Numbered from the stretch's first letter, positions 10,069-19,668 are shown. The stretch: DNA of 64,000 nt from an uncultured Dehalococcoidales bacterium (GCA_964396965.1 CAYNGD010000007.1:22941-86940), one strand, 5' to 3'. Notes: a model not told the origin generated them from the letters alone. Numbers and translations: made by a program.

Positions 10069-12060
10069 CTATTTCTCAGTGAAGACCCCCCTGATGACTT
10101 TCCTATAGCGCTGGTATAGGTAGGCGCTGACCAGGAGAAGTATACCCAGGCCAACGAAGGCACCGATGCGATATCCCAGTTCCAGCTTGAAAACATCAAA
10201 GACGAAGACTTTACCAATAGCTACCACCAGCAGAGACAATGCGCCCAGACGCACGTAGCGCCAGCGTTTTACAATACCGATAACTAGTCCGATAACAGCG
10301 TAAAATGCCCAGACAGCTGTCAGCGACAGGTGCTGAGCGCTCTTGAGGCCTTCTCTTGCCGGCAGCTCTGCAGCTCTCAGGGCGCTGGAGAAATAATCCC
10401 AGACCTCAAAGCTCAGTAGCCAGATAGTGAAGAAGTTAGCGGCTATCAGAAGAACTGCGGCGCCTGCTTTACTTATCCCGGATATCCTGCTTCCTCGCAG
10501 CAGAAAATAACTGGCCACACAAAGGGCAGCAATACTTACAGCAAAGGCCAGGAAGCGCTCGTTCAGTACCGGCTGAAAGGTGCGCAAACTGACCGGGGTA
10601 TCGAAAAAGAACAGGCGTATCACCACCGCGGAAAAAACAAGATAACTGTAGTAGCGGAAGACGGGTATTTTCGCTCTGAAGGCCAGCCACATCAGCACCG
10701 CCCCTTCCGCGGCCCAGGCTACGGTGGTCCAGGCCTTATCGCCCAGCTGAATTGGCAGAGCCACGGTGAGAAAGACCAGAGCGATGCCCAGAGTAAACAA
10801 GCCAAGTCTGGCGCTCTCGGCCAGCCGCTTGAAAGCCAGGTAAGACACGGCACTGTAGAGTACAGCTATCAGGAAGACAAAGCCCCCCATCCACACCCGA
10901 TAAACGTCCCACATCAAGCCGAGGCTTATACCAAAGTAAGCGGCGGCATTAATCATCATCAGGGTAAAGTCAAAAGCCTGAGGAGCACGACGCCAGATGA
11001 TGTGGAAGACAGTTGTGGCACCGACGAAGATGAGAAAGATTATGGTCATGCCTGTCTCGGCAATGGCAACGTTAATATATCTCTCAAACTCACCGTGCCA
11101 GACGCCGAAGGCTATCAGTGAGCCGAACAGCGCCAGCAGGGTAAACCAGCGCCAGTTGCGAAAGCTGGATAAGATAAGGACACCGATGTCAACTAGAATG
11201 ACATAGGCCAGCAGCTGAATGGCCTGACCTGTTCCGCTTGGCCCCCTTTCCCCAAAAGCACCCAGAATAAAGGGGGCAATGAAGGCACCGAGGATGCCTA
11301 TTATAGCCAGGGACATGGAATTATAGCCAAGTGCCAGGACTGCCGAGCCAATACTAACCAGAAACAGGAAGACAAAGGCTACGTAGAAGTGAACTAGGTC
11401 ATAGATGGCGAAGGAGGCGAAGATAGAGAGGTAAAGGACCGCTATACCACCACCGCTGAGGACCTGGGTTAAGACCGGATAGCGTTTTCTCCAGTAATAA
11501 CCAGTCCCGAGCATAGCCAGGCCGATGATAACGCCCAGAATAACCCGCCCGGTGGGACCGAGCCAATTATTATCAAAGGCGAATTTGAGGAAAAAGCCTA
11601 TACCAATGATAAGGGCAAGGACGCCTATCCGCGCCAGCCAGCTGCCGCCCAAAATCTGCTCCCACTCACCCTTCTTGGCTTTAGGTGGCTTAACCTTAGG
11701 CGGCTTGGCTTCAGGTACCGGAGCTTTCTCTACAACTGGTGGGACTATCTCCTGAATTGGCTCTACCCGAACTGGCTCCGGTGGAGGTGTGGGCACAGCT
11801 GCCGCCTCGGGCGGAGGTGTGCTTATCCCCTGCCTGCCCTCCAGGTCCATCAAACGGCCGTTCATTATGATAATCAGGTCCCGCAGGCGGCGCACCTCTT
11901 CCCGAAGTGCCTTTAGTTCCTGAGAGTCTTCAGCTTTAGGCTCCTCAGTTTTCAGCAGGGGAGCACCACAGAATATGCAGAAGCGGGCGTTTGGCTGGTT
12001 ATCCCGGTTACACTTGGGACACAGCATGGTTAGCCTCCTTGCTCTCTTTTGCTCTTGCAT
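10069..12060 (-). CDS. zinc-ribbon + coiled-coil + polytopic membrane protein (DUF2339-like)
   Basis: N-terminal CPKCNRDNQPNARFCIFCGAPL, a Pro-rich linker, then about 20 predicted TM segments. The true start may be MLCPKCN at 12027. It overlaps the upstream gene either way. Confidence 0.6.
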   Translation of the reverse strand: MQEQKRARRLTMLCPKCNRDNQPNARFCIFCGAPLLKTEEPKAEDSQELKALREEVRRLRDLIIIMNGRLMDLEGRQGISTPPPEAAAVPTPPPEPVRVEPIQEIVPPVVEKAPVPEAKPPKVKPPKAKKGEWEQILGGSWLARIGVLALIIGIGFFLKFAFDNNWLGPTGRVILGVIIGLAMLGTGYYWRKRYPVLTQVLSGGGIAVLYLSIFASFAIYDLVHFYVAFVFLFLVSIGSAVLALGYNSMSLAIIGILGAFIAPFILGAFGERGPSGTGQAIQLLAYVILVDIGVLILSSFRNWRWFTLLALFGSLIAFGVWHGEFERYINVAIAETGMTIIFLIFVGATTVFHIIWRRAPQAFDFTLMMINAAAYFGISLGLMWDVYRVWMGGFVFLIAVLYSAVSYLAFKRLAESARLGLFTLGIALVFLTVALPIQLGDKAWTTVAWAAEGAVLMWLAFRAKIPVFRYYSYLVFSAVVIRLFFFDTPVSLRTFQPVLNERFLAFAVSIAALCVASYFLLRGSRISGISKAGAAVLLIAANFFTIWLLSFEVWDYFSSALRAAELPAREGLKSAQHLSLTAVWAFYAVIGLVIGIVKRWRYVRLGALSLLVVAIGKVFVFDVFKLELGYRIGAFVGLGILLLVSAYLYQRYRKVIRGVFTEK

Positions 12061-12589
12061 TTACCACATAGGTGCTGGCAATCTTGTCATGCCAGCCCTG
12101 TTTCTGTTTATCCCAGATGACCCATAGAAATCCCAGGTATATCGCAATGGTGGATAGAATCTTGCCCGGTATCTCCCGCAGGGCGGCGCGGCCCAACCCG
12201 GGCACGGAACCAGTAGCGTTGAACACTTTAATGCCAACCGCCATCTTGCCCAGGGTCTGCCCTTTGAGTCCGGTGAAAAGCCAATAATAAAGCCAGGGTA
12301 GTGCTAAAACAGTAAACAAAATTGATGGAACATGCTCAAAGCTAGCAACTATGAAGGTGATAACCGAAAGCGCCAGATAATCTATAATCAGCGCCGCCAA
12401 ACGTATCCAGAAGCCCATGTATTCAACGGCTGCCCCTGGTGCGGCTGGTTCAACACCCCGTGCTACCGCCGGGGCAGGTGGCTCAATAGTAGTCGCCAAA
12501 CTTGAGCCGCAGTTGGCGCAGAAGCGCGCTTCAGGAGGATTATCATACCCACAACTTTTGCACCGCAACGATGCCATACCCCCTGACAC
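12008..12589 (-). CDS. zinc-ribbon + RDD family membrane protein
   Basis: N-terminal CKSCGYDNPPEARFCANCGSSL. RDD-domain features are RLAALIIDY, GQTLGKMAVGIKV and WHDKIASTYVV. Confidence 0.7.
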   Translation of the reverse strand: MSGGMASLRCKSCGYDNPPEARFCANCGSSLATTIEPPAPAVARGVEPAAPGAAVEYMGFWIRLAALIIDYLALSVITFIVASFEHVPSILFTVLALPWLYYWLFTGLKGQTLGKMAVGIKVFNATGSVPGLGRAALREIPGKILSTIAIYLGFLWVIWDKQKQGWHDKIASTYVVNARAKESKEANHAVSQV

Positions 12590-12667
12590 TCAGTGCTCTA
12601 AGAATATGCCTGTTTGCCTAGTTGTCAAATTGGGCGGCCTACCAGGATTATGGTGGCGTTGTGCCAT

Positions 12668-13426
12668 TCAGCCCAAGTATTTTGCAAACCAGCCAAAGAT
12701 CCGGCTGTTTCTGTCCGGTCTGTTATTATTAAGGCCATGGTCTCCTCCGGGATAGACCTTCAACTCAAAAGTCTTCCCCAGCTCTTCCAGTTTTTCGGCC
12801 AGTTTTTTCGCCTGTGTAACATCCACTCTCCAGTCAGCTCCGCCGTGGAGTATCAGCACCGGGATATCTATCTTTTCCGGCCAGAAGTAGGCGGACCGTT
12901 TCTGATACTCTGCTTCTTTTTCTTCTGGAGTTCCCCCAATCAATTCTATACAGACCTGTTTCATCTCCTCTTCACGTTCATTGTACATCTGTATCAAGTC
13001 AGTGACTCCACCGACTACTGCAGCAGCTTTAATCTTGTCGGTTATTGATATGGCAATATAGGTCATCATGCCACCTCGGGAATAGCCCAGCATCACTATC
13101 TTCTCAGGGGTAACAAACGGCAGGCTTTCGGCCAAAGGTATCAAATTTAGCACATCATCTATGTCGCTACCGCCAAATTCTTCTCTTCCCTGGCCTCCAT
13201 CATTCCCTCGATATTGAGAAGCGACAACCACATACCCGTTCGACGAGAGGTAAGGCAAATATATTGATAAGTCGGTGCCTTCGATTTTACCAAACTCGCG
13301 ATTCCCGCCGCGATTGTAGATTAGTACTGGATACTCAACATCATTCCCTTTCGGCTTTACCACAAAGCCCACTACCTCCAATCCGTCACTCAGGTACCCT
13401 ATTCTATAAGCCTCCACCTTTTCCAT
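12668..13426 (-). CDS. alpha/beta hydrolase (S9 prolyl-oligopeptidase / dienelactone-hydrolase-like)
   Basis: Nucleophile elbow GYSRGG, an acid/His region in ILHGGADWRV...GGDHGL, 252 aa. Confidence 0.8.
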   Translation of the reverse strand: MEKVEAYRIGYLSDGLEVVGFVVKPKGNDVEYPVLIYNRGGNREFGKIEGTDLSIYLPYLSSNGYVVVASQYRGNDGGQGREEFGGSDIDDVLNLIPLAESLPFVTPEKIVMLGYSRGGMMTYIAISITDKIKAAAVVGGVTDLIQMYNEREEEMKQVCIELIGGTPEEKEAEYQKRSAYFWPEKIDIPVLILHGGADWRVDVTQAKKLAEKLEELGKTFELKVYPGGDHGLNNNRPDRNSRIFGWFAKYLG

Positions 13427-13480
13427 ATAAGTGGACTCAATTTCTACTGGTTCGAAAGTGACTATTAACCCATCGGAGTC

Positions 13481-13948
13481 CTATAGTGAAGCCAAGCTTT
13501 GACCCAGGCAGACCTCTCTAATTACTCGAAAGTTTGCCGTTTGGCCGCCAACATCCAAATCGTAAATGCCGGCAGTGCCCCCTACCAAATCAAAGGTCAC
13601 CATCTCGCTGGCTCCAGCGCTTATGCGGACATCTTCCTTAGCTTCTTCAATGCCGTTAATCTTTAGCACCGCGGTGTACACCCCATCGGCCTCGCCGATA
13701 TTGGTGACCCCTGCGCTCACCATGAAAGGTTCTCCCTCGACGACTGCAACCGATGCAATTTCTACAGAGTCAACCTGAAACTCTGCTTCTGCCGTCTCTT
13801 CGGGTGGGGGTGGCACTACTTCTTCCTCTGGAGGGGACACCTCTTCCTCTGGCGGTGGTAGTGCTGCTTGCTGCTGGCAGCTGAGTACCAGAGCCACCTG
13901 TAGGCAACCAAGCAGGATTATGATAGATAGTAGGACTACTTTCTTCAT
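13481..13948 (-). CDS. secreted lipoprotein with Pro/Glu-rich linker and Ig-like (CARDB-type) domain
   Basis: Signal peptide and lipobox (LLGC), repeat PPPEEEVSPPEEEVVPPPPEE, beta-rich C-terminal domain. Confidence 0.6.
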   Translation of the reverse strand: MKKVVLLSIIILLGCLQVALVLSCQQQAALPPPEEEVSPPEEEVVPPPPEETAEAEFQVDSVEIASVAVVEGEPFMVSAGVTNIGEADGVYTAVLKINGIEEAKEDVRISAGASEMVTFDLVGGTAGIYDLDVGGQTANFRVIREVCLGQSLASL

Positions 13949-14461
13949 TGGCCAGACCTCCTGGTTTATTTAACAAAAAAAGGCGGCGGCCACTACTATT
14001 TAGCAGTCCGCTGCCTTTTACTAACCTACTCAGCGTACAAAATACCGCCTTTTGCTTAGTTTGATATAAAATTACATCATTTCACATATGAACATAACAT
14101 CCTGTGGGTCGCATTCTAAGGGTTCGTTTATGAATTGTCAATACCTCGAATAAAAATGCGTCACCCAGGCGTACAAACGTAACAATCAGCCCTAGGGAAA
14201 TAGAATACAAGCCATTTTGTGTCACCCTCACAGAAAGACGACCTAGCCCAAAATCGAGGCTAAAGTGGGCGGTAGAGGACATGATTCGGTATCTGGATCC
14301 AAGCTAGTATACAGATAGTAACCCCAATCACAAGCAGTATTACACCCAATATATGTAAAACTAGGGCAAATGAGTTTATTTTCAGTAGTAATTAGCTGGA
14401 TATATGGTCATTCCGGTCTCGATTGCCAACACAAAACACTATCAACTATAACCTGGTAATA

Positions 14462-14504
14462 TTGACATCTCATACAAGGTATGATATATCAAGGTACGAT
14501 ATAA
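14462..14504 (+). promoter_or_regulatory. putative promoter (TTGACA) followed by a tandem 15-nt direct repeat
   Basis: TTGACA at 14462-14467. CAAGGTATGATATAT (14475-14489) and CAAGGTACGATATAA (14490-14504) are 13/15 identical. They overlap the expected -10 region about 165 nt upstream of the DUF169 gene. Confidence 0.3.
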
Positions 14505-14668
14505 CTCGTAGTCCCCGAAGAAGCCACACTTAAATCGTGAATACGTTTTAAAAGGGAGGTGAATTTGATATTCTGATCTAGTTGATTCGTGTAACCCCGA
14601 TATATTTATTTATTTGCTGTAGCTAATTTCAGAGGAGCAAAGGTTAAAAATATTTTACGGAGTTTATT

Positions 14669-15424
14669 ATGAAAAAATTGACGCAGGACCTTTCCATCTT
14701 CAACAAATTCAAGTTTAAGTATCCACCTGTAGGTGTCAGTTTCCTAGTTTCTAAACCAAAAGGAATAGAGCCGCTAGATAAAAGCATGCCTTTCTGTCAA
14801 ATGATTAGAGAAGCACAGGAAAGAGGAAAGCCTTTTTATTTCACTAAAGAGAATGAGGACTGCTTCGGAGCAATGGTACTGGGAATGATGGATATGCCGC
14901 CATTCGCCGAGGCCGGACTGCTGGGAGCGGGATTTGAAATATTTCAGGATGCGCGGGCTAACAGGAGACTTTATCAAGACCTCCCTAAATTACCGAAAGG
15001 TACGGTTAACTACGTCGTTCTGGCCCCGTTAGACAAACTGACATTCGAGCCGGACCTCTTAATCATTATGGCTACTACCAAGCAGGCAGAGATTGTGCTG
15101 CGGGCGATGTCCTATTCGACCGGCGAGCTGTGGGAATCCAAGAAAACAGGTGTACTGGGATGTGCCTGGCTTTACGTCTATCCCTATCTAAGCGGCAAGG
15201 TCAACTACTTTCCTACCGGCATGTCCTTCGGTATGATAGCGCACGAGGTATTCCCGGAGGGATGGATATTGATATCCATCCCCTATGACTGGATACCGAC
15301 TATAGTACAGAACCTGAAGGAAATGAAATGGGAACTACCGTCATACACAGATGGTAGGGAAAAATTTCTGAAAAGAAAAGGAAGAGTGATGGCAGAAGCT
15401 GTCAAAGAAACCCAGAATCCCTAA
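14669..15424 (+). CDS. DUF169 domain protein
   Basis: 251 aa. The pattern FCQMIREAQERGKPFYFTKENEDCFGA...GCAWLYVYPY is typical of the DUF169 (COG2043) family. GGAG lies 7 nt upstream of the ATG. Confidence 0.7.
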   Translation: MKKLTQDLSIFNKFKFKYPPVGVSFLVSKPKGIEPLDKSMPFCQMIREAQERGKPFYFTKENEDCFGAMVLGMMDMPPFAEAGLLGAGFEIFQDARANRRLYQDLPKLPKGTVNYVVLAPLDKLTFEPDLLIIMATTKQAEIVLRAMSYSTGELWESKKTGVLGCAWLYVYPYLSGKVNYFPTGMSFGMIAHEVFPEGWILISIPYDWIPTIVQNLKEMKWELPSYTDGREKFLKRKGRVMAEAVKETQNP

Positions 15425-15447
15425 ATTTGGCAGAAAGGAGACGAACA

Positions 15448-16740
15448 GTGTCCGAGAGAAAGTACCCCTCACTCGAGGAAAGTTATAACGACGTCGTCCG
15501 TCGGGCGATAGAGGAATGTATTCTCTGCGGTGACTGTGTGAGTGATTGCCTGAGTTTTCCGTTTACTGAGCTAAAGGATAAAGACCCGACGGATATTATA
15601 GAAAAGATGATTGATTTCTTAAAAGAAGGGACTTTATCGGAAGAAGTCTACCTCAAGGCTTTCGGCTGTGCCGGATGTGGCTACTGTTCCGATATTTGCC
15701 CTCAGGGAATTGACCCCCTGCTGCTCCATGAAGCCATCAAGATTGAGTTGCTTAAACATGGGGAAAAGCCGCCCGAAGCGATGAACTTCGTTGTTCCCGG
15801 CCAGAGGATGAGCCTATATGAAATTCTGGCGGCTCTTCAGACCAAGCCTGCCGAGGTTAGGTGGTTAAAAAGAATACCCCCCAAGCCGAAAAAGACGGAA
15901 AATGTGGTGTTTCTGGGGTGTTCTCCTCAGACGCTCCCGCATAACATATTCGCCTTCTTAGATATCCTTGAAAGAATGGGGGTTGATTCGGTTACCCTGG
16001 GGGGAGGGGAACTCTGCTGCGGCACCATTTTTTGCCCTGCGGGCGGTAAGGTCAAAGAGTCAGAGGAGAAGGCACGGGAGTTAGTCGCGGCACTTAAAGC
16101 CTTTTCTCCGAAGAAGATTATCCTTGTCTGTACCGGTTGTTATCGTCAGTTTACCGAGTTCTTTCCCAGCTTTCTCGAGCTGGATTTTGAGGTCCAATTC
16201 TATACCCAGTTCCTGAACGAAAACCTGGGGAAGATAAAGTTTGTCAAACCCCTGGGTAAAACGGTAACCCTCCATGAGTCCTGCATGACTCGGCGCACCA
16301 AAGCCACTGAACCGGCAATAAAGCTACTCAAGGCTATTCCGGGGTTGAAGCTGCTGGAAAGGGAAAATAAGGAGGAAGACCTCTGCTGCGGGGGACTGGC
16401 CAACATGACCAATCCTCCGCTGGGTCAGAAGTTGGGGCAAATTATGGTGGAAGAGACCATAAAAATCGGCGCTGACTATATTGCCAATACCTGTCCATTC
16501 TGCGCCCTGGCTTTCTATCCGTACCTGAGGCGATATTCATTCAAGGTGAAGGACATTAGCTCCATAATTAACGAGTCCATGGGAGGCAAGGAGTACGAGG
16601 ATAAATTAGAGAAATACTGGCGGTGTAAAAGCGTTGACGAGCTAATAGAAAAATCGAGGGATAACTTTGAGGCCAATGGCTACAAGGAAGAGGAAATGAG
16701 GCACGTACTGCCTCTTCTTTTCGGCTTTGCTGGCCCGTAA
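15448..16740 (+). CDS. HdrD/GlpC-like iron-sulfur protein (2x[4Fe-4S] + two CCG domains)
   Basis: CILCGDCVSDC and CAGCGYCSDICP, with two cysteine-rich CCG motifs (GGELCCGT, DLCCGGL). I prefer the GTG at 15448 (AAGGAG, 7-nt spacer) over the ORF-track TTG at 15427. Confidence 0.8.
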   Translation: MSERKYPSLEESYNDVVRRAIEECILCGDCVSDCLSFPFTELKDKDPTDIIEKMIDFLKEGTLSEEVYLKAFGCAGCGYCSDICPQGIDPLLLHEAIKIELLKHGEKPPEAMNFVVPGQRMSLYEILAALQTKPAEVRWLKRIPPKPKKTENVVFLGCSPQTLPHNIFAFLDILERMGVDSVTLGGGELCCGTIFCPAGGKVKESEEKARELVAALKAFSPKKIILVCTGCYRQFTEFFPSFLELDFEVQFYTQFLNENLGKIKFVKPLGKTVTLHESCMTRRTKATEPAIKLLKAIPGLKLLERENKEEDLCCGGLANMTNPPLGQKLGQIMVEETIKIGADYIANTCPFCALAFYPYLRRYSFKVKDISSIINESMGGKEYEDKLEKYWRCKSVDELIEKSRDNFEANGYKEEEMRHVLPLLFGFAGP

Positions 16741-16932
16741 AGAAGACACGATAGGCTTTAATTAATTTACGGCTGACTTGGCATGACTTGGCCAACGCTC
16801 ATATCCTGTTCGGGGAGGAAGTCTATTAATATCAACCAAACAATATTTATTTCATGAATACACTGTTTAAGGAGGGACTATGTAAGGAAAGCAAACTGGA
16901 TAACTGGGAATCTTACCAAAGGAGGAAAAATA

Positions 16933-18279
16933 GTGAAAAGGCCTCTTATCTTGTTGATAGCTGCGCTGGCCGGCGTTCTAATCGCCAGCGGTTGCCCTAA
17001 ACCGACATCTGAAATCCCCACGGAAATTCGGATAGGCGATACTGTATCCTATACGGGGGCTTACGCATCTTTCGGCCTTGGTTCATTTGGGGTGCAAGCG
17101 GCTGTTGATGATATCAACGCACAGGGTGGAATATACGTAAAGGAGTATGATAAGAAAATACCTGTCAGATGGATAACCGTCGATTGCGAAAGCGACCCGC
17201 TCAAGGTAGCGCCTCTTACCGAAGACCTGATTCTCCGCGATAAGGTGCAATTTCTTGGGATGCATCTGGAGGTGCCAACTATACGCCAGGGTACGGCTAT
17301 GATGGCTGAAAAGTACAAGATACCAGCCGTTTTTGGAGTGGGCCCTCTTGAATCCTGGATGGAAATTAAGAAATCAGCTAATGCGGAGTGGAAATATAGC
17401 TGGGTGTTTGGTTTTGATATGGGCACCCCGTTTCCAGCGGGAGATTTTCGGGAAGGCAACCCGGGATACCAGTTCGTACCGACAATTTTCGGCGCGCTGC
17501 AATCTGCTACTGCCCAGACCAACAAGAAAATGGCTTGTTTTGCCCTGGATGATGCCGACGGCAGAGCTTGGTACACGGTATTTACCGGGCTTTCAATACA
17601 GCAAGGTTATGACTGTTACCGTGCCGCAGACCAATTTGGCATATATCCTGGGGGGACTACCGATTTCTCGCCCCTAATAGAGGAGTGGAAGAACGCAGGC
17701 TGCGATATACTCTGGGGTAACTGCCCCGGGCCTGATTTTGGGATAATTTTGAGACAATGTAAAGCGCAAGGCTTTGAGCCTAAGGTAGTTTTCGCTACCA
17801 GGGCGGCAGACTACTATGCTGATATAACAGCTTGGGGCGGAGATTTGCCGAACGGCGTCTATATGGAAAGCTGGTTTGTCCGAAATCCAAAAACTATAAA
17901 TGACCCCGGCATTGGTGATACAACCACTGAATCGCTGGCGGAAAGATGGTATCAAAAGACAGGACAGCTGTATGAGGGAAGCGGCATAGGCTGGGAATAT
18001 ATGGGAGCACAAATACTATTTAACGCCATTGAAAAAGCCGGCACGCTTGACGCAGACGCAGTCAATAAGGCTTTAAGTGAAACCGACTTCATGTCAATGG
18101 ATGGGGGACGTGTCGTTTTTAGTAATTTTGATGGTACCCATTTTCACGCGTGGCCGGTTGCCGTGGGACAGTGGCAAAAGACTGATAATCCATGGGTATG
18201 GGAACCGAAGACAGTCTTTTCCTTAAACGACGTCTATGTGCCAACGGCTGAACAGATATTCCCCAAGCCTTGGGACTAA
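16933..18279 (+). CDS. ABC transporter substrate-binding lipoprotein (Leu/Ile/Val-binding, type-I PBP family)
   Basis: Lipobox LIASGC and a LivK-like architecture, 448 aa. No cognate permease or ATPase is adjacent. Confidence 0.78.
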   Translation: MKRPLILLIAALAGVLIASGCPKPTSEIPTEIRIGDTVSYTGAYASFGLGSFGVQAAVDDINAQGGIYVKEYDKKIPVRWITVDCESDPLKVAPLTEDLILRDKVQFLGMHLEVPTIRQGTAMMAEKYKIPAVFGVGPLESWMEIKKSANAEWKYSWVFGFDMGTPFPAGDFREGNPGYQFVPTIFGALQSATAQTNKKMACFALDDADGRAWYTVFTGLSIQQGYDCYRAADQFGIYPGGTTDFSPLIEEWKNAGCDILWGNCPGPDFGIILRQCKAQGFEPKVVFATRAADYYADITAWGGDLPNGVYMESWFVRNPKTINDPGIGDTTTESLAERWYQKTGQLYEGSGIGWEYMGAQILFNAIEKAGTLDADAVNKALSETDFMSMDGGRVVFSNFDGTHFHAWPVAVGQWQKTDNPWVWEPKTVFSLNDVYVPTAEQIFPKPWD

Positions 18280-18294
18280 GCCAGATATGAGTAG

Positions 18295-18335
18295 ATCAAG
18301 CAGGGTTTGGGTGACATACCCAAACCCTGCTTGAT
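18295..18335. terminator. perfect 18-bp stem / 5-nt loop hairpin between convergent genes
   Basis: ATCAAGCAGGGTTTGGGT-gacat-ACCCAAACCCTGCTTGAT. It starts 16 nt after the stop at 18279. No U-tract follows on either side. Confidence 0.6.
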
Positions 18336-18453
18336 GCAATCGAAAGCGCCACCGGCAAGAACTACAATCAGAGCCACTGCCAGACCTACATAGGGTATCA
18401 GAACCGAGGTCTTATTTATTGGGTAGACCGTACCGCCCACCACAGTTGCCAGA

Positions 18454-19668
18454 CTATGCGCTCCTTAGGTTCCGTATAATCTCCCCAAGGTTCGGCCTTT
18501 TGCCGTACATCAGCACATAAGCCCTCAGCAGCCTGGCGGCCAGCAACAGTCCCCCGACGATGGATAACGCCAGCACGGCTGTACTGACGGCCAGCTGCCA
18601 TACCGGCACGCCGGCCAAACCAAGCCTCAGCATGGTTACGACCGGCGCGGTGAAGGGGAAAATATTGAAAGCAATCCAGACCGGACTGTTGGGGAAGAGG
18701 AGGAGCAGGGAGATAAACCAGAATGGGGCAAAGTTGAAAACGGTATATATCGCGGCTATTCCCTGCGCTTCCTGGACAGTGGAGGTTACCGCGGCGACAC
18801 TGGCCGACAGGACGGCGAATAATGAGTAGCCCAGGACAAAGTAGATTACCCCCAGAACCCAGAAGCTGGCCGGTATCTGTATAGCGCTGACCACACCCCC
18901 GATAGCGGTAGAGGCCAGGTTAAGCAGGAGCGGGAACGAGATGACCCAGACGACCACCTGTACCAGCCCGGCGGCGCCGAGTCCCAAAACCTTGCCGGCG
19001 AGTAACTGCCGGGTCGAGACCGAGGACAATAATATCTCCATCAGTCGGTTCTCTTTCTCCTCGCTGAGGCTCTGCAACACGTAGGTGGAAGTGAAAATAA
19101 GGGAGAGGGCGAGCAGAAAACTGAAAACACCGGGAACGATGAAACTGGCGTACCCCCCCTGCTGGGGCGCCACCGCTCCGGTTGAGGTAAGCGTGGTGGT
19201 GGCCAGATGCAGGGGCGTCTCCACCCTGGTAATAACGTCGGCGGCTACCTTCCCCCCGAGCAGGTTACTCGAGATGAAATTCTTGATGGCGGCGGTAGTG
19301 GCGTCGGGCGGGGCCAGCTCTCTCTGCGTGACGTACCGGTTGATTACTCCCGTCGAGATAAAGTCCGGCGGGACGACGAAATATTCCTTAATATCCTTGT
19401 TAATCAAGGCCTGCTTGGCCGCTTCCGGGCTGTCGAAGCTGACCAGGGTTATGTTCCCCTGGGTGGTGAACTGGTCGAGGCCGCCGACCTCATCGACGTA
19501 GCCGATTCTGGTCACTTCCGGTGGAGGTTTAGTAACTCCTGAGACGATATGCTGAACTCCTATTGCCAGCAGGGCGATAACCGGCAGGGAGAGGGCCAGG
19601 ACGATAAATCCGGTCCTTCTTATGGTGCGCAGGAACTCCTGCCTGACTATCAAAAAAGTCTTATTCAT
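18454..19668 (-). CDS. ABC-2 family transporter permease (NatB-like)
   Basis: 404 aa with one N-terminal TM, a large extracytoplasmic loop and a C-terminal bundle of about 5 TM segments. It overlaps the upstream ATPase by 8 nt. Confidence 0.75.
   Translation of the reverse strand: MNKTFLIVRQEFLRTIRRTGFIVLALSLPVIALLAIGVQHIVSGVTKPPPEVTRIGYVDEVGGLDQFTTQGNITLVSFDSPEAAKQALINKDIKEYFVVPPDFISTGVINRYVTQRELAPPDATTAAIKNFISSNLLGGKVAADVITRVETPLHLATTTLTSTGAVAPQQGGYASFIVPGVFSFLLALSLIFTSTYVLQSLSEEKENRLMEILLSSVSTRQLLAGKVLGLGAAGLVQVVVWVISFPLLLNLASTAIGGVVSAIQIPASFWVLGVIYFVLGYSLFAVLSASVAAVTSTVQEAQGIAAIYTVFNFAPFWFISLLLLFPNSPVWIAFNIFPFTAPVVTMLRLGLAGVPVWQLAVSTAVLALSIVGGLLLAARLLRAYVLMYGKRPNLGEIIRNLRSA

Noticed and set aside
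14082-14282. 66-aa minus-strand ORF in the AT-rich gap.
   Set aside because: It has no SD, no motif and non-coding-like composition. It is treated as part of the non-coding region.
16770-16795. Sigma54-like sequence CTTGGCATGACTTGGCC upstream of the binding-protein gene.
   Set aside because: The spacing and -12 element do not fit TGGCAC-N5-TTGC. It is more simply a short tandem GACTTGGC repeat.
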